From Actinomycetota bacterium (GTDB lineage: Bacteria; Actinomycetota; Thermoleophilia; Gaiellales; Gaiellaceae): DNA of 64,000 nucleotides. The position numbers and the translations under genes were made by a program. Shown here piece after piece: positions 17,934-26,575 of the stretch. Below the pieces are notes generated by a model. That model ran no database searches and had not been told where the DNA came from. It was given only the letters and a program-made list of their open reading frames with translations. Positions within the stretch are counted from its first letter, which is position 1, and the number at the start of each line of letters is the position of its first letter. The stretch is taken from the NCBI GenBank assembly GCA_039648875.1, contig JBBWZD010000131.1, positions 23,570-87,569 on the forward strand, in the 5' to 3' direction.

Positions 17934-18836
17934 GGCGACGAGCTCGACCGCCAGCTTGCCGGTTGCGTTCTCGCGGTCGAGCACGGGGTTCACCTCCACG
18001 ACGTCGAAGGAGTCGGCGGCGCCGGACTCCGCCACGATCTCCATCGCCAGGTGCGCCTCGCGGTACGACAGCCCGCCGCGAACCGGGGTGCCCACGCCGG
18101 GCGCCTGCTCGGGGTCGACGACGTCCATGTCGAGGCTGACGTGGAGGAACGCGCCCCCGCTCGCGTGCTCGAGCGCCTGGCGCATGCAGTGCTCGATGCC
18201 GATCCGGTCGATCTCGCTCATGGTGAAGGCCTTCGCGTCGAGCCCCCTCAGCAGCTCCCGCTCGGCGCGGTCGAGCGACCGGAGGCCGACGAGCGACAGG
18301 CGGCCCTGCTCGACCGCCGGCAGCGTCCAGTTGTCGTGGGCGAACGCCGGGCCGCCGAGGCCCAGCGCCGCGGCGAGCACCATGCCGTGGACGTTCCCGC
18401 TCGGCGACGACTCGGGCGTGTTCAAGTCGCCGTGCGCGTCGATCCAGAGCGCTCCGCCCGGACCGTCCGCCTCGGCCATGCCCACGAGGGTGCCGAGGGC
18501 GACGGAGTGGTCGCCGCCGAGCACCAGCGGGGTCTCCCCGGCGCGGCGCGCCCGCGCGACGAGCTTCGCGACGCGGTCGCACAGCTCGAGGATGTGCGGG
18601 AGAAACCGTGCGCGGTCGTCTCCCATCGCCGTCGACTCGGGAACGGGGGCTTCGATGTTCCCGAGGTCGTCGGTGACGATGCCGAGCTTCTCGGCGAGAT
18701 GCTCGGCCAGCTCCGCATAGCGGATCGCGGACGGGCCCATGTCGACTCCGCGCCGCCCCGCGCCGAGGTCGAGCGGCGCTCCGATCACGGCGACCTGCTT
18801 CGGGACGGCCTCGGCGGCCGGCGGTTGCGCGGGCAT
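17907..18836 (-). CDS. rocF: Arginase/ureohydrolase family enzyme
   Basis: LGGDHSVA, IDAHGDLN, SLDMDVVDP (Mn-binding motifs). Its 3' end overlaps the convergent hydrolase by 27 nt. Confidence 0.8.
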   Translation of the reverse strand: MPAQPPAAEAVPKQVAVIGAPLDLGAGRRGVDMGPSAIRYAELAEHLAEKLGIVTDDLGNIEAPVPESTAMGDDRARFLPHILELCDRVAKLVARARRAGETPLVLGGDHSVALGTLVGMAEADGPGGALWIDAHGDLNTPESSPSGNVHGMVLAAALGLGGPAFAHDNWTLPAVEQGRLSLVGLRSLDRAERELLRGLDAKAFTMSEIDRIGIEHCMRQALEHASGGAFLHVSLDMDVVDPEQAPGVGTPVRGGLSYREAHLAMEIVAESGAADSFDVVEVNPVLDRENATGKLAVELVASALGARIL

Positions 18837-18862
18837 CGCGACAAGGCTAACGTCGCACGTCG

Positions 18863-19267
18863 ATGGAGGAGCCCGGCGGAACCCCGACGGCGGCCGTGCG
18901 GGTACTCGTCGCGGACGACGACGAGGCCTTCCTGGACTCGCTCCAGCCGCTGATCGAGCACCAGCCCGAGCTGACCGTGGTCGCGAGGGTGGCCGACGGG
19001 CTCGAGGCGATCCGGCGCGCCGACGAGCTCCTGCCGGACGCCGTGGTCATCGACCTGCACATGCCGCTCGTCGACGGCGTCACCGCCGTCGCCCGGATGC
19101 GGAAGGACCACCCGCACCTGTGCCTGATCGCCCTCACGGGCGACCGCGACCCGCAGCTCCAGCGGGCTGCCGCCGAGGCGGGAGCCGACGCGGTGCTCCA
19201 CAAGGACGACCTCGTGGGCACGCTCGTGGAACGGCTCTCCGCCGTCCGTGGCACGGCCCGGGCGTAG
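18863..19267 (+). CDS. Stand-alone response-regulator receiver (CheY-like) protein
   Basis: VLVADDD, VVIDLHMP, and no output domain (134 aa). Confidence 0.75.
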   Translation: MEEPGGTPTAAVRVLVADDDEAFLDSLQPLIEHQPELTVVARVADGLEAIRRADELLPDAVVIDLHMPLVDGVTAVARMRKDHPHLCLIALTGDRDPQLQRAAAEAGADAVLHKDDLVGTLVERLSAVRGTARA

Positions 19268-19280
19268 GCGAGGGCGCCGC

Positions 19281-19286
19281 TAGACT
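19281..19286 (+). promoter_or_regulatory. -10-like TAGACT upstream of tRNA-Phe
   Basis: TANNNT hexamer about 25 nt before the mature tRNA 5' end. Confidence 0.35.
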
Positions 19287-19311
19287 GCTGTCCGCACGCT
19301 GCTCTTTCAGG

Positions 19312-19384
19312 GGCGAGGTAGCTCAGCTGGTAGAGCACTCGGCTGAAAACCGGGGTGTCGCCGGTTCGAGTCCGGCCCTCGCCA
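19312..19384 (+). tRNA. tRNA-Phe (anticodon GAA)
   Basis: Cloverleaf read by hand. Acceptor GGCGAGG/CCTCGCC, D-arm GCTCAGCTGGTAGAGC, anticodon loop CTGAAAA, T-arm GCCGGTTCGAGTCCGGC, discriminator A. CCA is not encoded. Confidence 0.9.
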
Positions 19385-19403
19385 TCTCATCTCCAGACGT
19401 GAA

Positions 19404-19436
19404 GGCCCCCGCGAGCGTCGGGCGTTCTCGGGGGCC
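19404..19436. terminator. GC-rich hairpin between tRNA-Phe and the convergent methyltransferase gene
   Basis: Perfect 8-bp arms GGCCCCCG/CGGGGGCC around a 17-nt loop. There is no U-tract on either strand. Confidence 0.3.
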
Positions 19437-19485
19437 TCAGGGTTCGGACCGGTGCAACCGTGTCGCGGACTCCTGTGGCCGGAGC

Positions 19486-20091
19486 TTACCTCCTTCGCGC
19501 GAGGAGCGCCGTCGCCGGGCCGGCGGCGAAGCTCGCAAATTGCGCGAAACCGCGGCGGGAGAGCTCCTCCCGGAGCCGCCTTTCCTGCACGTAGATCGGC
19601 GTCTCCACGCCGCGGGAGAACGAGAAGACGATCGCGCCCCCGCCGGCGGTGACACGCGCGAGCTCGTCGAAGAACGGGATCATGTTCGCGAGGGTGACGA
19701 GCTCGAAGGCTGCGTCCTCGAAGGGCAGGCGCGCGGCGTCGCCGACCTCGAAGCGGACGCGCGCGGCGAGCGCCGAGGGCAGCTGCCTTCGCGCCTCGGC
19801 CACCATGCCCGGCGAGAGGTCGAGGCCGATGACCTCCGCCCCCGGGAAGCGGCGCGCGACCGCACCTGCGGCGACGCCCGTGCCGGTGCCGAGATCGAGC
19901 ACCCGACGCGGCGGCGGCAGCACGTCGAGGGCGAGCTCGAGAGCGGCCACGTGGTCCGGCCCGATGCGAGTCTCCCACGTCGGCGCGAGCTCGTCGAAGA
20001 GCCCTCGCGTCCGGCCGCGCAGCAGGCGCCAGAGCAGCGGCCGGCGGACCACGGCCTCGGTGATGAGGCGGGCGGTCCGTTGGGCGTTCAC
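19486..20091 (-). CDS. Class I SAM-dependent methyltransferase
   Basis: VLDLGTGTG (motif I), IGLDLSPGM, GGAIVF. GTG start in a GTGA overlap with the upstream stop. Confidence 0.75.
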   Translation of the reverse strand: MNAQRTARLITEAVVRRPLLWRLLRGRTRGLFDELAPTWETRIGPDHVAALELALDVLPPPRRVLDLGTGTGVAAGAVARRFPGAEVIGLDLSPGMVAEARRQLPSALAARVRFEVGDAARLPFEDAAFELVTLANMIPFFDELARVTAGGGAIVFSFSRGVETPIYVQERRLREELSRRGFAQFASFAAGPATALLARRR

Positions 20092-20894
20092 GGCGACTCC
20101 AGCCGGATCAGCAGGTCGCTGCCCTCGTCGACGCGGAGCAGCTCGGCGGCATTGCCGCGGGAGACGGCCACCGCGAGGTTGCGGTAGCTGTCCTCGTAGA
20201 GGATGAGCTCCCCGGGGCGGGTGTCGCCGAACGTGCGAGCGGCGACGGCGAAGTAGCGCTCGCCGCGCGAGGCGAGCTCGACCCTCGTACCGGGGACGAT
20301 CGACGCCTGCTCGAGGTGCTCGCGGGACAGGTTGAGCGCGACGTTCCCGAAGCGGTCGACGCCGAGGACGGTCGCGCGGATGCGCGACCCGCTGACCTCC
20401 GGCTCCGGCAGGTCGAGCCGGACGAGCGCCTCCGGGTCGAGCGGCGGCCCGAGCTCCCCGAGCGGCACGCCGAGCGCGGCGTGCGCGGCCGCCGGCGAGA
20501 AGAGGTCGCGGCCGTGGAAGGTGCGGGAGACGGACTCCAGCGCGTACGCCTCGTTCGCGAGCTCGTGCGCCTCCACGACGCCGCCGAAGCGGTCGGCGGC
20601 GAGCAGCAGGAGGCCGTTGTCGGGGCCCACGTACGTGCGGCCCTCGGCGTCGCGGAGCACGAGCGGGCGGCGGCCGCCGCCCACGCCGGGGTCGACGACG
20701 GCCAGGTGCACGCCCGGCGGCATGTACGGCAGGGTGTTCCGCAGCACGAGCGCCCCCTGGAGGACGTGACCGGGCCGGATGCCGTGGGTGACGTCGATGA
20801 TCTGCGCGTCGGGCGCGATCCGCTTGATCACGCCGTGGCAGGTGCCGACGAAGTCGTCCTGCAGCCCGAAGTCGCTGAGAAACGTGACGAACAT
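20088..20894 (-). CDS. SAM hydroxide adenosyltransferase family protein (DUF62, chlorinase/fluorinase-like)
   Basis: MFVTFLSDFGLQDDFVG, VVDPGVG, GPDNGLL, FHGRDLFSPAAA, DRFGN. Confidence 0.8.
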   Translation of the reverse strand: MFVTFLSDFGLQDDFVGTCHGVIKRIAPDAQIIDVTHGIRPGHVLQGALVLRNTLPYMPPGVHLAVVDPGVGGGRRPLVLRDAEGRTYVGPDNGLLLLAADRFGGVVEAHELANEAYALESVSRTFHGRDLFSPAAAHAALGVPLGELGPPLDPEALVRLDLPEPEVSGSRIRATVLGVDRFGNVALNLSREHLEQASIVPGTRVELASRGERYFAVAARTFGDTRPGELILYEDSYRNLAVAVSRGNAAELLRVDEGSDLLIRLESP

Positions 20895-21521
20895 CTAGAC
20901 GGAAGCTAGCGCGGCGAGCAGACCGTCGACATCGTGCGTCGCCGCCTCGGCGGCGACGTGAAGCCCGGCCTCGCGCGCGGCGGCGGCCGTCTGCGGCCCG
21001 ATCGCGACGGCGGGAATACGGGCGCCCGTCGCGGCGAGCGCCCGCGCCGCCGACGGGGACGCGAGCAGCACGACGTCTCCCTCGGGCGCACGCCGCGGCG
21101 CGCGCTCGACCGTCCGGTAGAGCGGCAGGAAGTCGGCGCCCCGTTGCTCGACGAGCAGCCGCCGCGCGCCCTCGGCCGCCGCGAGGAGCACCCGTCCCGG
21201 CGGCAGCTCGAGGAGCAGCCCCTCCTGCGTCGCCACGACGGGCACGAGGTCGGGCTCGAGGCCGTTCGCCCGCAGCATCGCCGCGGTTCCCGGGCCGATC
21301 GCGGCCAGCCGGCGAGGCGGCGCCGCGAGCCGGCGCGCGAGCTCGGCCGCGCCGTTCGGGCTCGTCACGACCACCCATTCGTAGCCGGACACGTCGATCG
21401 GGCCGTCGCCGAGCGGCTCGACCGCGATCAGCGGACAGCGCACCACCTCGTGCCCGAGGGCCTCGAGCCGCTGCGCGAGCGGCCCGGCCTGCGCCTCGGC
21501 GCGCGTCAGGACGACCCTCAT
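20895..21521 (-). CDS. hemD: Uroporphyrinogen-III synthase
   Basis: MRVVLTRAEAQAGPLAQRLEALGHEV..., WVVVTSPNGA, IGPQTA. ATGA overlap with the hemC stop. Confidence 0.75.
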   Translation of the reverse strand: MRVVLTRAEAQAGPLAQRLEALGHEVVRCPLIAVEPLGDGPIDVSGYEWVVVTSPNGAAELARRLAAPPRRLAAIGPGTAAMLRANGLEPDLVPVVATQEGLLLELPPGRVLLAAAEGARRLLVEQRGADFLPLYRTVERAPRRAPEGDVVLLASPSAARALAATGARIPAVAIGPQTAAAAREAGLHVAAEAATHDVDGLLAALASV

Positions 21522-22348
21522 CTGCCGGCGGCGAGGCGGGCGAGCTCGCGGCCGAGCTCCAGCGGGTCGTCGCCGCTCCGGCGCTCGAGCCACGAGCCGT
21601 CCTCGGCGGCGGCGAGCGCGGTCAGCGTCGTGCCGTCGTGGTGCGCGGCCACGGGAGCGAGGCACCCCCCGCCCACCGCCGCGACCACGGCCCGCTCCGC
21701 CTCCACGCGGCGCCGCGTCTCGGCGTCGTCGGCGGCGGCCGCGAGATACTCCTCGCCGGCGCGAACCTGCAGCGCCAGCGCACCCTGGCCGGCCTCCGGC
21801 AGCAGCTCGCCGGGGTCGAAGCGGTGCCCGATCTCTCGTCCGAGCCCGAGCCGGTCGAGCCCGCACGCCGCCAGCACGACCGCGTCGAGGCCGCGCTCCC
21901 CGCGCTTGCGCAGCCGCGTGTCGACGTTGCCGCGCAGCGGCTCGATCCGCAGCGAGGGCTCGAGCGCGAGGAGCTGCGCCTTCCGCCGGGCCGACGCCGT
22001 ACCGATGCGCATGCCGGCGTGGACGCCGTCCGCGCCGCAGAGCGCGTCCCGTGCATCCTCCCGCTGGAGATACGCCCCGACGGCGAGCGCGTGCGTGTCC
22101 GTGGAGGTCATGTCCTTCGCGGAGTGGACGGCGACGTCGATGCGCCTGTCGAGCAGCGCCTCCTCGAGCTCCTTGACGAAGACGCCGCGCGACCCGATCT
22201 GGCCGAACGGGCTCGTGCGGTCGCGGTCGCCCGCGGTCGTGATCGGCAGGAGCGCGATCTCGACCCCCGGCGCGCGCAGGCGGGCGGCGGCGAGCTCGGC
22301 CTGCGTGAGCGCGAGCCTACTGCCGCGGCTGCCGACGCGGATCAGCAC
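21518..22348 (-). CDS. hemC: Hydroxymethylbilane synthase (porphobilinogen deaminase)
   Basis: IRVGSRGSRLALTQ, GVFVKELE, DVAVHSAKD, GNVDTRL, QGALAL, GGC. Confidence 0.9.
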   Translation of the reverse strand: MLIRVGSRGSRLALTQAELAAARLRAPGVEIALLPITTAGDRDRTSPFGQIGSRGVFVKELEEALLDRRIDVAVHSAKDMTSTDTHALAVGAYLQREDARDALCGADGVHAGMRIGTASARRKAQLLALEPSLRIEPLRGNVDTRLRKRGERGLDAVVLAACGLDRLGLGREIGHRFDPGELLPEAGQGALALQVRAGEEYLAAAADDAETRRRVEAERAVVAAVGGGCLAPVAAHHDGTTLTALAAAEDGSWLERRSGDDPLELGRELARLAAGR

Positions 22349-22462
22349 AGCAAGGCCGCCTCCGCACCGACTGGCCGCAGGGCGCGGCGCCGCGAGGCCT
22401 CACGCGCACGAAGGCGGTCGGCACCTGCAGCGGCAGCGGCCGCCCGGTGGCCCTTCCCAGCT

Positions 22463-23686
22463 TCAGCGGTCGTCCTCGCCCAGACCGAACAGGTGCCGCA
22501 CCGCCTCAGCATAGAGCACCCCGTCGGCGGCGGCGGCGGCCTGCTTCATCCGCACGGTCGGCAGGTGCAGGAGCTTGTTCACGATCTGGGTCGTGATGGA
22601 CTCGACCGCCCGCCGCTGGCTCTCGTCGAGCCTGCCGAGCAGTCCGTCGGCCTTGCGCAGCTCCGCCTCCCGGATCTCCTCCGCCCGCGCACGCAGCGAG
22701 GCGATCGCCGGGACGACGTCGAGCGCGGCCTGCCATTCGTGGAACTTCTGCGCCTCGGCGGCGACGATCGCTTCGGCCCGCTCGGCCTCGCCCCGCCGCC
22801 CCGCCAGCGTCTCCGAGACGATCGCCTCGAGGTCGTCGATGTCGTAGAGGTAGCAGCCGTCCAGCTCGTGGATCGCCGGGTCGAGGTCCCGCGGGACGGC
22901 CAGGTCGATCAGCAGCAGCGGGCGGCCGCTGCGCGAGCCCTGGACCGTCGACGCATCGAGCACGTAGCCGGCGGCGCTCGTCGAGGAGACGACGACGTCC
23001 GCCTCCGCAAGGCGGCTGCCGACGTCTTCCAGGGGAACGGCCTCCGCCCCGAGCCGCTCCGCGAGCTCGTCCGCGCGGTCGAGCGTCCGGTTGGCCACGA
23101 ACGCGATCCGCGCCCGCCGGCTCAGCAGGTTGCGCGCCGCCTGCTCGCTGATCTTGCCGGCCCCGACGAGCAGGATCGAGCGGCCCGCGAGGTTGCCGAA
23201 GACCTGCTCGGCGAGCGCGGCGGCGGCGGCCGAGACCGAGGCGGGGCTCTCGCCGATCGCAGTCTGCGCGCGCACCTTCCGCCCGGCGTGCAGCGCCTGG
23301 CGGAACAGGCGGTCGAGCAGGGTCGCCGCCGTCCCCGCCTCGAAGGCGGCCCTGACCTGCCCGAGGATCTCTCCCTCGCCCGGCACCAGCGAGTCGAGCC
23401 CCGCGGCCACCCGGAAGAGATGCAGGGCCGCCGCGTGGTCGTGCAGCCGGTACAGCGCCTGCTCGACCTGCGGCTCGAGCTCCGCCAGCGCCGCGACCGC
23501 CTGCCGCTCCGCCTCGTCGCCGTCGGCGGCGGCGACGTACAGCTCCGTGCGGTTGCAGGTCGAGAGGCACACCGCCTCGCCGAGCCGGCGCGCGAGCGCG
23601 GCGGCCTGCTCCCGGTGCAGGGCCACGCGCTCCCGCAGCTCGACGGGAGCGTGGTGGTGGGAGGTGCCGACGAGGACGAGGCGCAT
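22463..23686 (-). CDS. hemA: Glutamyl-tRNA reductase
   Basis: LVGTSHHHAPVELRE, LSTCNRTELY, GEGEILGQV, LLVGAGK, NRT, HLPT. Confidence 0.9.
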   Translation of the reverse strand: MRLVLVGTSHHHAPVELRERVALHREQAAALARRLGEAVCLSTCNRTELYVAAADGDEAERQAVAALAELEPQVEQALYRLHDHAAALHLFRVAAGLDSLVPGEGEILGQVRAAFEAGTAATLLDRLFRQALHAGRKVRAQTAIGESPASVSAAAAALAEQVFGNLAGRSILLVGAGKISEQAARNLLSRRARIAFVANRTLDRADELAERLGAEAVPLEDVGSRLAEADVVVSSTSAAGYVLDASTVQGSRSGRPLLLIDLAVPRDLDPAIHELDGCYLYDIDDLEAIVSETLAGRRGEAERAEAIVAAEAQKFHEWQAALDVVPAIASLRARAEEIREAELRKADGLLGRLDESQRRAVESITTQIVNKLLHLPTVRMKQAAAAADGVLYAEAVRHLFGLGEDDR

Positions 23687-24474
23687 CAGGCGAAGTGGCT
23701 CCCGGGGAGGACGACCCTGACCACGATCACGAGCACGAAGCCCGCCAGCGCGACGTACGCGGCGCGCCGGCCGCTCCACCCGCCGAGCAAGCGGAGGGCG
23801 ATGTAGGCGACCCACACGAGCCACGTCACGAGCGTCACCGCGACGAGCGCGTCGGCGCGCTTCCCGTCGCCCAGCAGCCGTGCGGCGCCGACGGCGATCC
23901 CGAGCGTCAGCGCGGGCAGCGACCACGCCACCGTCCGCCCCGCGAGCCGGTCGAGGCTCGCGAGCGAGGGCGCCGGCCGGCGGAGGATCGTCGTCGCGCG
24001 CCGCTTCAGCCGGCGCTCCTGCCACAGGTACAGCGCCGAGAGCGCGGCCGCGAGCGTGAAGCCGGCGAACGCCGTCAGGACGAGGCCGACGTGGAGCACG
24101 AGGAACACGTTCGAGTAGTGGCTCCGCTCGCCGACGCCGGTCCCGCCGCCCGCGCGGGCGAGCCCGAGCAGCGCGACGGCGAGCGGCATGACCGCGAGCC
24201 CGAGCAGGCGGTACGGCCTGCGGCAGCCCCAGATCAGGTACCCGCCGACGACGAGCCAGACGAAGAGGTTGAGCGACCCCGCCCAGGTGCCCCACGGGAA
24301 CCCCTCCTCGCGCGCCGCCTGCACCGCGAGGAGCGCGGTCTGCACGAGCCAGCCGAGACGCACGCCCCACGTGGCCGCGCGTCCGGCGACACCCGGCCGC
24401 CGCGCGTCGCCGAGGTAGCCGACGGCCGCCTCTCCGTAGAGGAGGAGCGCGGGCCAGAACAGGAGCTCAGCCAA
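23686..24474 (-). CDS. hemX: Cytochrome c assembly family membrane protein, HemX-like
   Basis: Polytopic protein with YLWQERRLKRR. It sits directly upstream of hemA, as hemX does in Bacillus hemAXCDBL. TTG start at 24474. Confidence 0.65.
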   Translation of the reverse strand: MAELLFWPALLLYGEAAVGYLGDARRPGVAGRAATWGVRLGWLVQTALLAVQAAREEGFPWGTWAGSLNLFVWLVVGGYLIWGCRRPYRLLGLAVMPLAVALLGLARAGGGTGVGERSHYSNVFLVLHVGLVLTAFAGFTLAAALSALYLWQERRLKRRATTILRRPAPSLASLDRLAGRTVAWSLPALTLGIAVGAARLLGDGKRADALVAVTLVTWLVWVAYIALRLLGGWSGRRAAYVALAGFVLVIVVRVVLPGSHFA

Positions 24475-24649
24475 CGCCGGCCGGCTCCCGCTCCACGCTC
24501 GGGAGCTCCTCCGCGGCCCGGCGCGCCGCCAGCTCCTCGACCTCGCGCTCCAGCCGCTGGAGCTTCAGCGCGATGATCACCACGTAGAGGAGGACGAGCG
24601 CGAACACGGCGCAGTAGGCGGCGGTGACGTACGTCTCGGCCGTGGTCAC
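24467..24649 (-). CDS. ccmD: CcmD-like heme exporter protein D (60 aa, one TM)
   Basis: YVTAAYCAVFALVLLYVVIIAL followed by a charged tail. GTGA overlap with the ccmC stop. Confidence 0.6.
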   Translation of the reverse strand: MTTAETYVTAAYCAVFALVLLYVVIIALKLQRLEREVEELAARRAAEELPSVEREPAGVG

Positions 24650-25332
24650 GCGAGGGCCTCCCGCAGTTCCTGCAGCCGCGAGTCCAGCCGCTTGCCGGTC
24701 AGCTCGACGCGGTAGAGCGTGTACGCGAGGACGATCGTCGCAGCCTGCGCGACGCAGTACGCCGCGAGCATCCAGCCGCCGAAGCTCGGGCCGTGGCGCG
24801 TGAAGACCACCGGGTGGATGAAGTGCTGGGCGAGCCGGATCGCGAGGAAGCTGACCGGGATGAGGACGACGCCGAAGAGCGCGTAGACGGCGCTGAGGTT
24901 CGCCCGCTGCGGCCCCGGCTCGAGCGAGTAGCGCAGCATGAAGTACGCCGCGTAGAAGAGGAAGAGCACGAGGAAGAGCACGAGCTGGTTCTCGCTCCAG
25001 AGCCACCAGTGGCCCCACGAGATCTTCGCCCAGATCGAGCCGGTGACGAGGACGAGCGAGCCGAAGATGAGCCCCTGGTGGACGGCGACGTAGCTCTCGA
25101 GGTCGGCGTGCGGGTCGCGCCGCCACAGGTGGAGGAGCGCCTTCCACGCCCCGAGCCCGAAGCAAAGGTACGCCGTCAGCGCGATCGAGACGTGGAAGTA
25201 GAAGATGCGCTGGGAGAAGCCCTGGTCGGCGTCGTTCGGCGCGACGAAGAAGACGAGCGCGAGGGCGAGCGTGACCAGCACGAGCGATGCCGCGGCGAGC
25301 ACGGGCAGCGGGATGCGGTAGGGCCGGGCCAC
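24646..25332 (-). CDS. ccmC: Heme exporter / heme-handling protein CcmC with atypical Trp-rich motif
   Basis: RIFYFHVSIA and the Trp-rich loop WGHWWLWSENQLV. Six predicted helices. GTG start at 25332. Confidence 0.75.
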   Translation of the reverse strand: MARPYRIPLPVLAAASLVLVTLALALVFFVAPNDADQGFSQRIFYFHVSIALTAYLCFGLGAWKALLHLWRRDPHADLESYVAVHQGLIFGSLVLVTGSIWAKISWGHWWLWSENQLVLFLVLFLFYAAYFMLRYSLEPGPQRANLSAVYALFGVVLIPVSFLAIRLAQHFIHPVVFTRHGPSFGGWMLAAYCVAQAATIVLAYTLYRVELTGKRLDSRLQELREALA

Positions 25333-25352
25333 CGGGAGAATTGTCGCAGGTC

Positions 25353-25991
25353 CTACTCGGCCACCACGTACTCGAACGAGGCCCAGCAGAGCACCCCGAA
25401 GAGCGCGTCGTAGAGCGCGAGGAAGGCGAGGTATCGGCCGGGGCCGGCGGCGACGCTCGCGCCGACCCCGCCGATCACGATCGGGACCGCTAGGGGCAGG
25501 AAGAGGACCGGCAGCAGCAGGTCGCGGGCGCGGGTGGCGACGGCCATCGCACCGACGAAGGTGCCGACGGCGCAGATGCCGAGGTCGGCGAGCACGACGC
25601 CGCCGACGGTCGCGGCGTCGAGGCCGTGGAAGAAGAGGGCGAACAGCGGCAGCGCGACGGCCTCGGCCGCGACGAGGAAGGCGAGCGTGGCCAGCGACTT
25701 CGCGAGCCAGATCGCGCTGCGGTCGCACGGCGCCAGGACGAGCCCGTCGAACGTCCCCTGCTCGCGCTCCGGCACGAAGGCGCGGCCGAGCCCGAGGAGG
25801 GCCGTGAAGACGATCGCCACCCAGAGCAGGCCGCCGGCTGCGAGGTCGGAGGAGCGGGCGGGGAGGGAGAAGTGGAAGACGACGAAGACGGCGACCACGA
25901 AGAGCACCATCGCCGGGAGCGTGTCCCGGGCGCGCAGCTCCAGGAGGAGGTCCTTGCGGGCGAGCGCGCCGACGTCCGCGGGATAGCTCAT
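25353..25991 (-). CDS. ccmB: Heme exporter permease CcmB
   Basis: KDLLLELRARD, ERE-G--DGLVLAP. Six hydrophobic helices. ATGA overlap with the ccmA stop. Confidence 0.75.
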   Translation of the reverse strand: MSYPADVGALARKDLLLELRARDTLPAMVLFVVAVFVVFHFSLPARSSDLAAGGLLWVAIVFTALLGLGRAFVPEREQGTFDGLVLAPCDRSAIWLAKSLATLAFLVAAEAVALPLFALFFHGLDAATVGGVVLADLGICAVGTFVGAMAVATRARDLLLPVLFLPLAVPIVIGGVGASVAAGPGRYLAFLALYDALFGVLCWASFEYVVAE

Positions 25992-26575
25992 GCCGCGAGG
26001 TCGAGACGCTGCGTGGCGAGAGGCTCGAGACGGGCGGGCTCGTGCGTCGAGACGAGGAAGGTCCGCTCCGCCCGGAGCTCGGCGAGCCCGGCGTCGAGGA
26101 GCTCGCCGCCCTGCTCGTCGAGGCCGCTGTACGGCTCGTCGAGCACGAGCAGCTCCGGCTCGTGCACGAGCGTGCGGCACAGCGCGAGCCGCTGGGTCAT
26201 GCCGCGGGAGTAGGCGGCGACGCGCTCGTGCCGTACCTCCCAGAGGCCGAACCGCTCCAGGAGCATGCCGATGCGCTCCCGACGCTCCGGCACGTGGTAG
26301 AGGCGGCCGTAGAGGTCGAGGTTCTCGAGTGCCGTCAGCTCGCGGTAGACGAGCGGCTGGTGTCCGAGATAGCCGATCTGCGAGCGCTGCGCGTTGATCG
26401 TCAGCTCCCCCTCGCTCGGCAGCGCGAGCCCCGCGCAGAGGCGCAGCAGCGTCGTCTTGCCGGAGCCGTTGGGGCCGGTGACGACGGCGAAGGCCCCCCG
26501 CTCGAGCTCGAGGTCGATGCCGCGCAGGACGCGCTTCTCGCCGAAGCGCTTGCCGACCTGCCGCGCGACGATCAT
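25988..26575 (-). CDS. ccmA: Heme exporter ATP-binding protein CcmA
   Basis: [12 protein letters not shown] (Walker A), [11 protein letters not shown] (signature-like), LLVLDEP (Walker B). Confidence 0.8.
   Translation of the reverse strand: MIVARQVGKRFGEKRVLRGIDLELERGAFAVVTGPNGSGKTTLLRLCAGLALPSEGELTINAQRSQIGYLGHQPLVYRELTALENLDLYGRLYHVPERRERIGMLLERFGLWEVRHERVAAYSRGMTQRLALCRTLVHEPELLVLDEPYSGLDEQGGELLDAGLAELRAERTFLVSTHEPARLEPLATQRLDLAA

Noticed and set aside
19268-19486. tRNA-Phe (and tRNA-Ile at 45018) as possible integration sites for a genomic island or prophage.
   Set aside because: I saw no integrase, recombinase or transposase ORF anywhere in the window, and no repeat of the tRNA 3' end nearby. 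The flanking genes are housekeeping genes with the same GC and codon style.
22349-22462. The 114-nt gap between hemA and hemC, considered as a possible riboswitch or small gene.
   Set aside because: I could not identify a conserved-looking structure, promoter or ORF by eye. It probably holds just an internal promoter or processing spacer.
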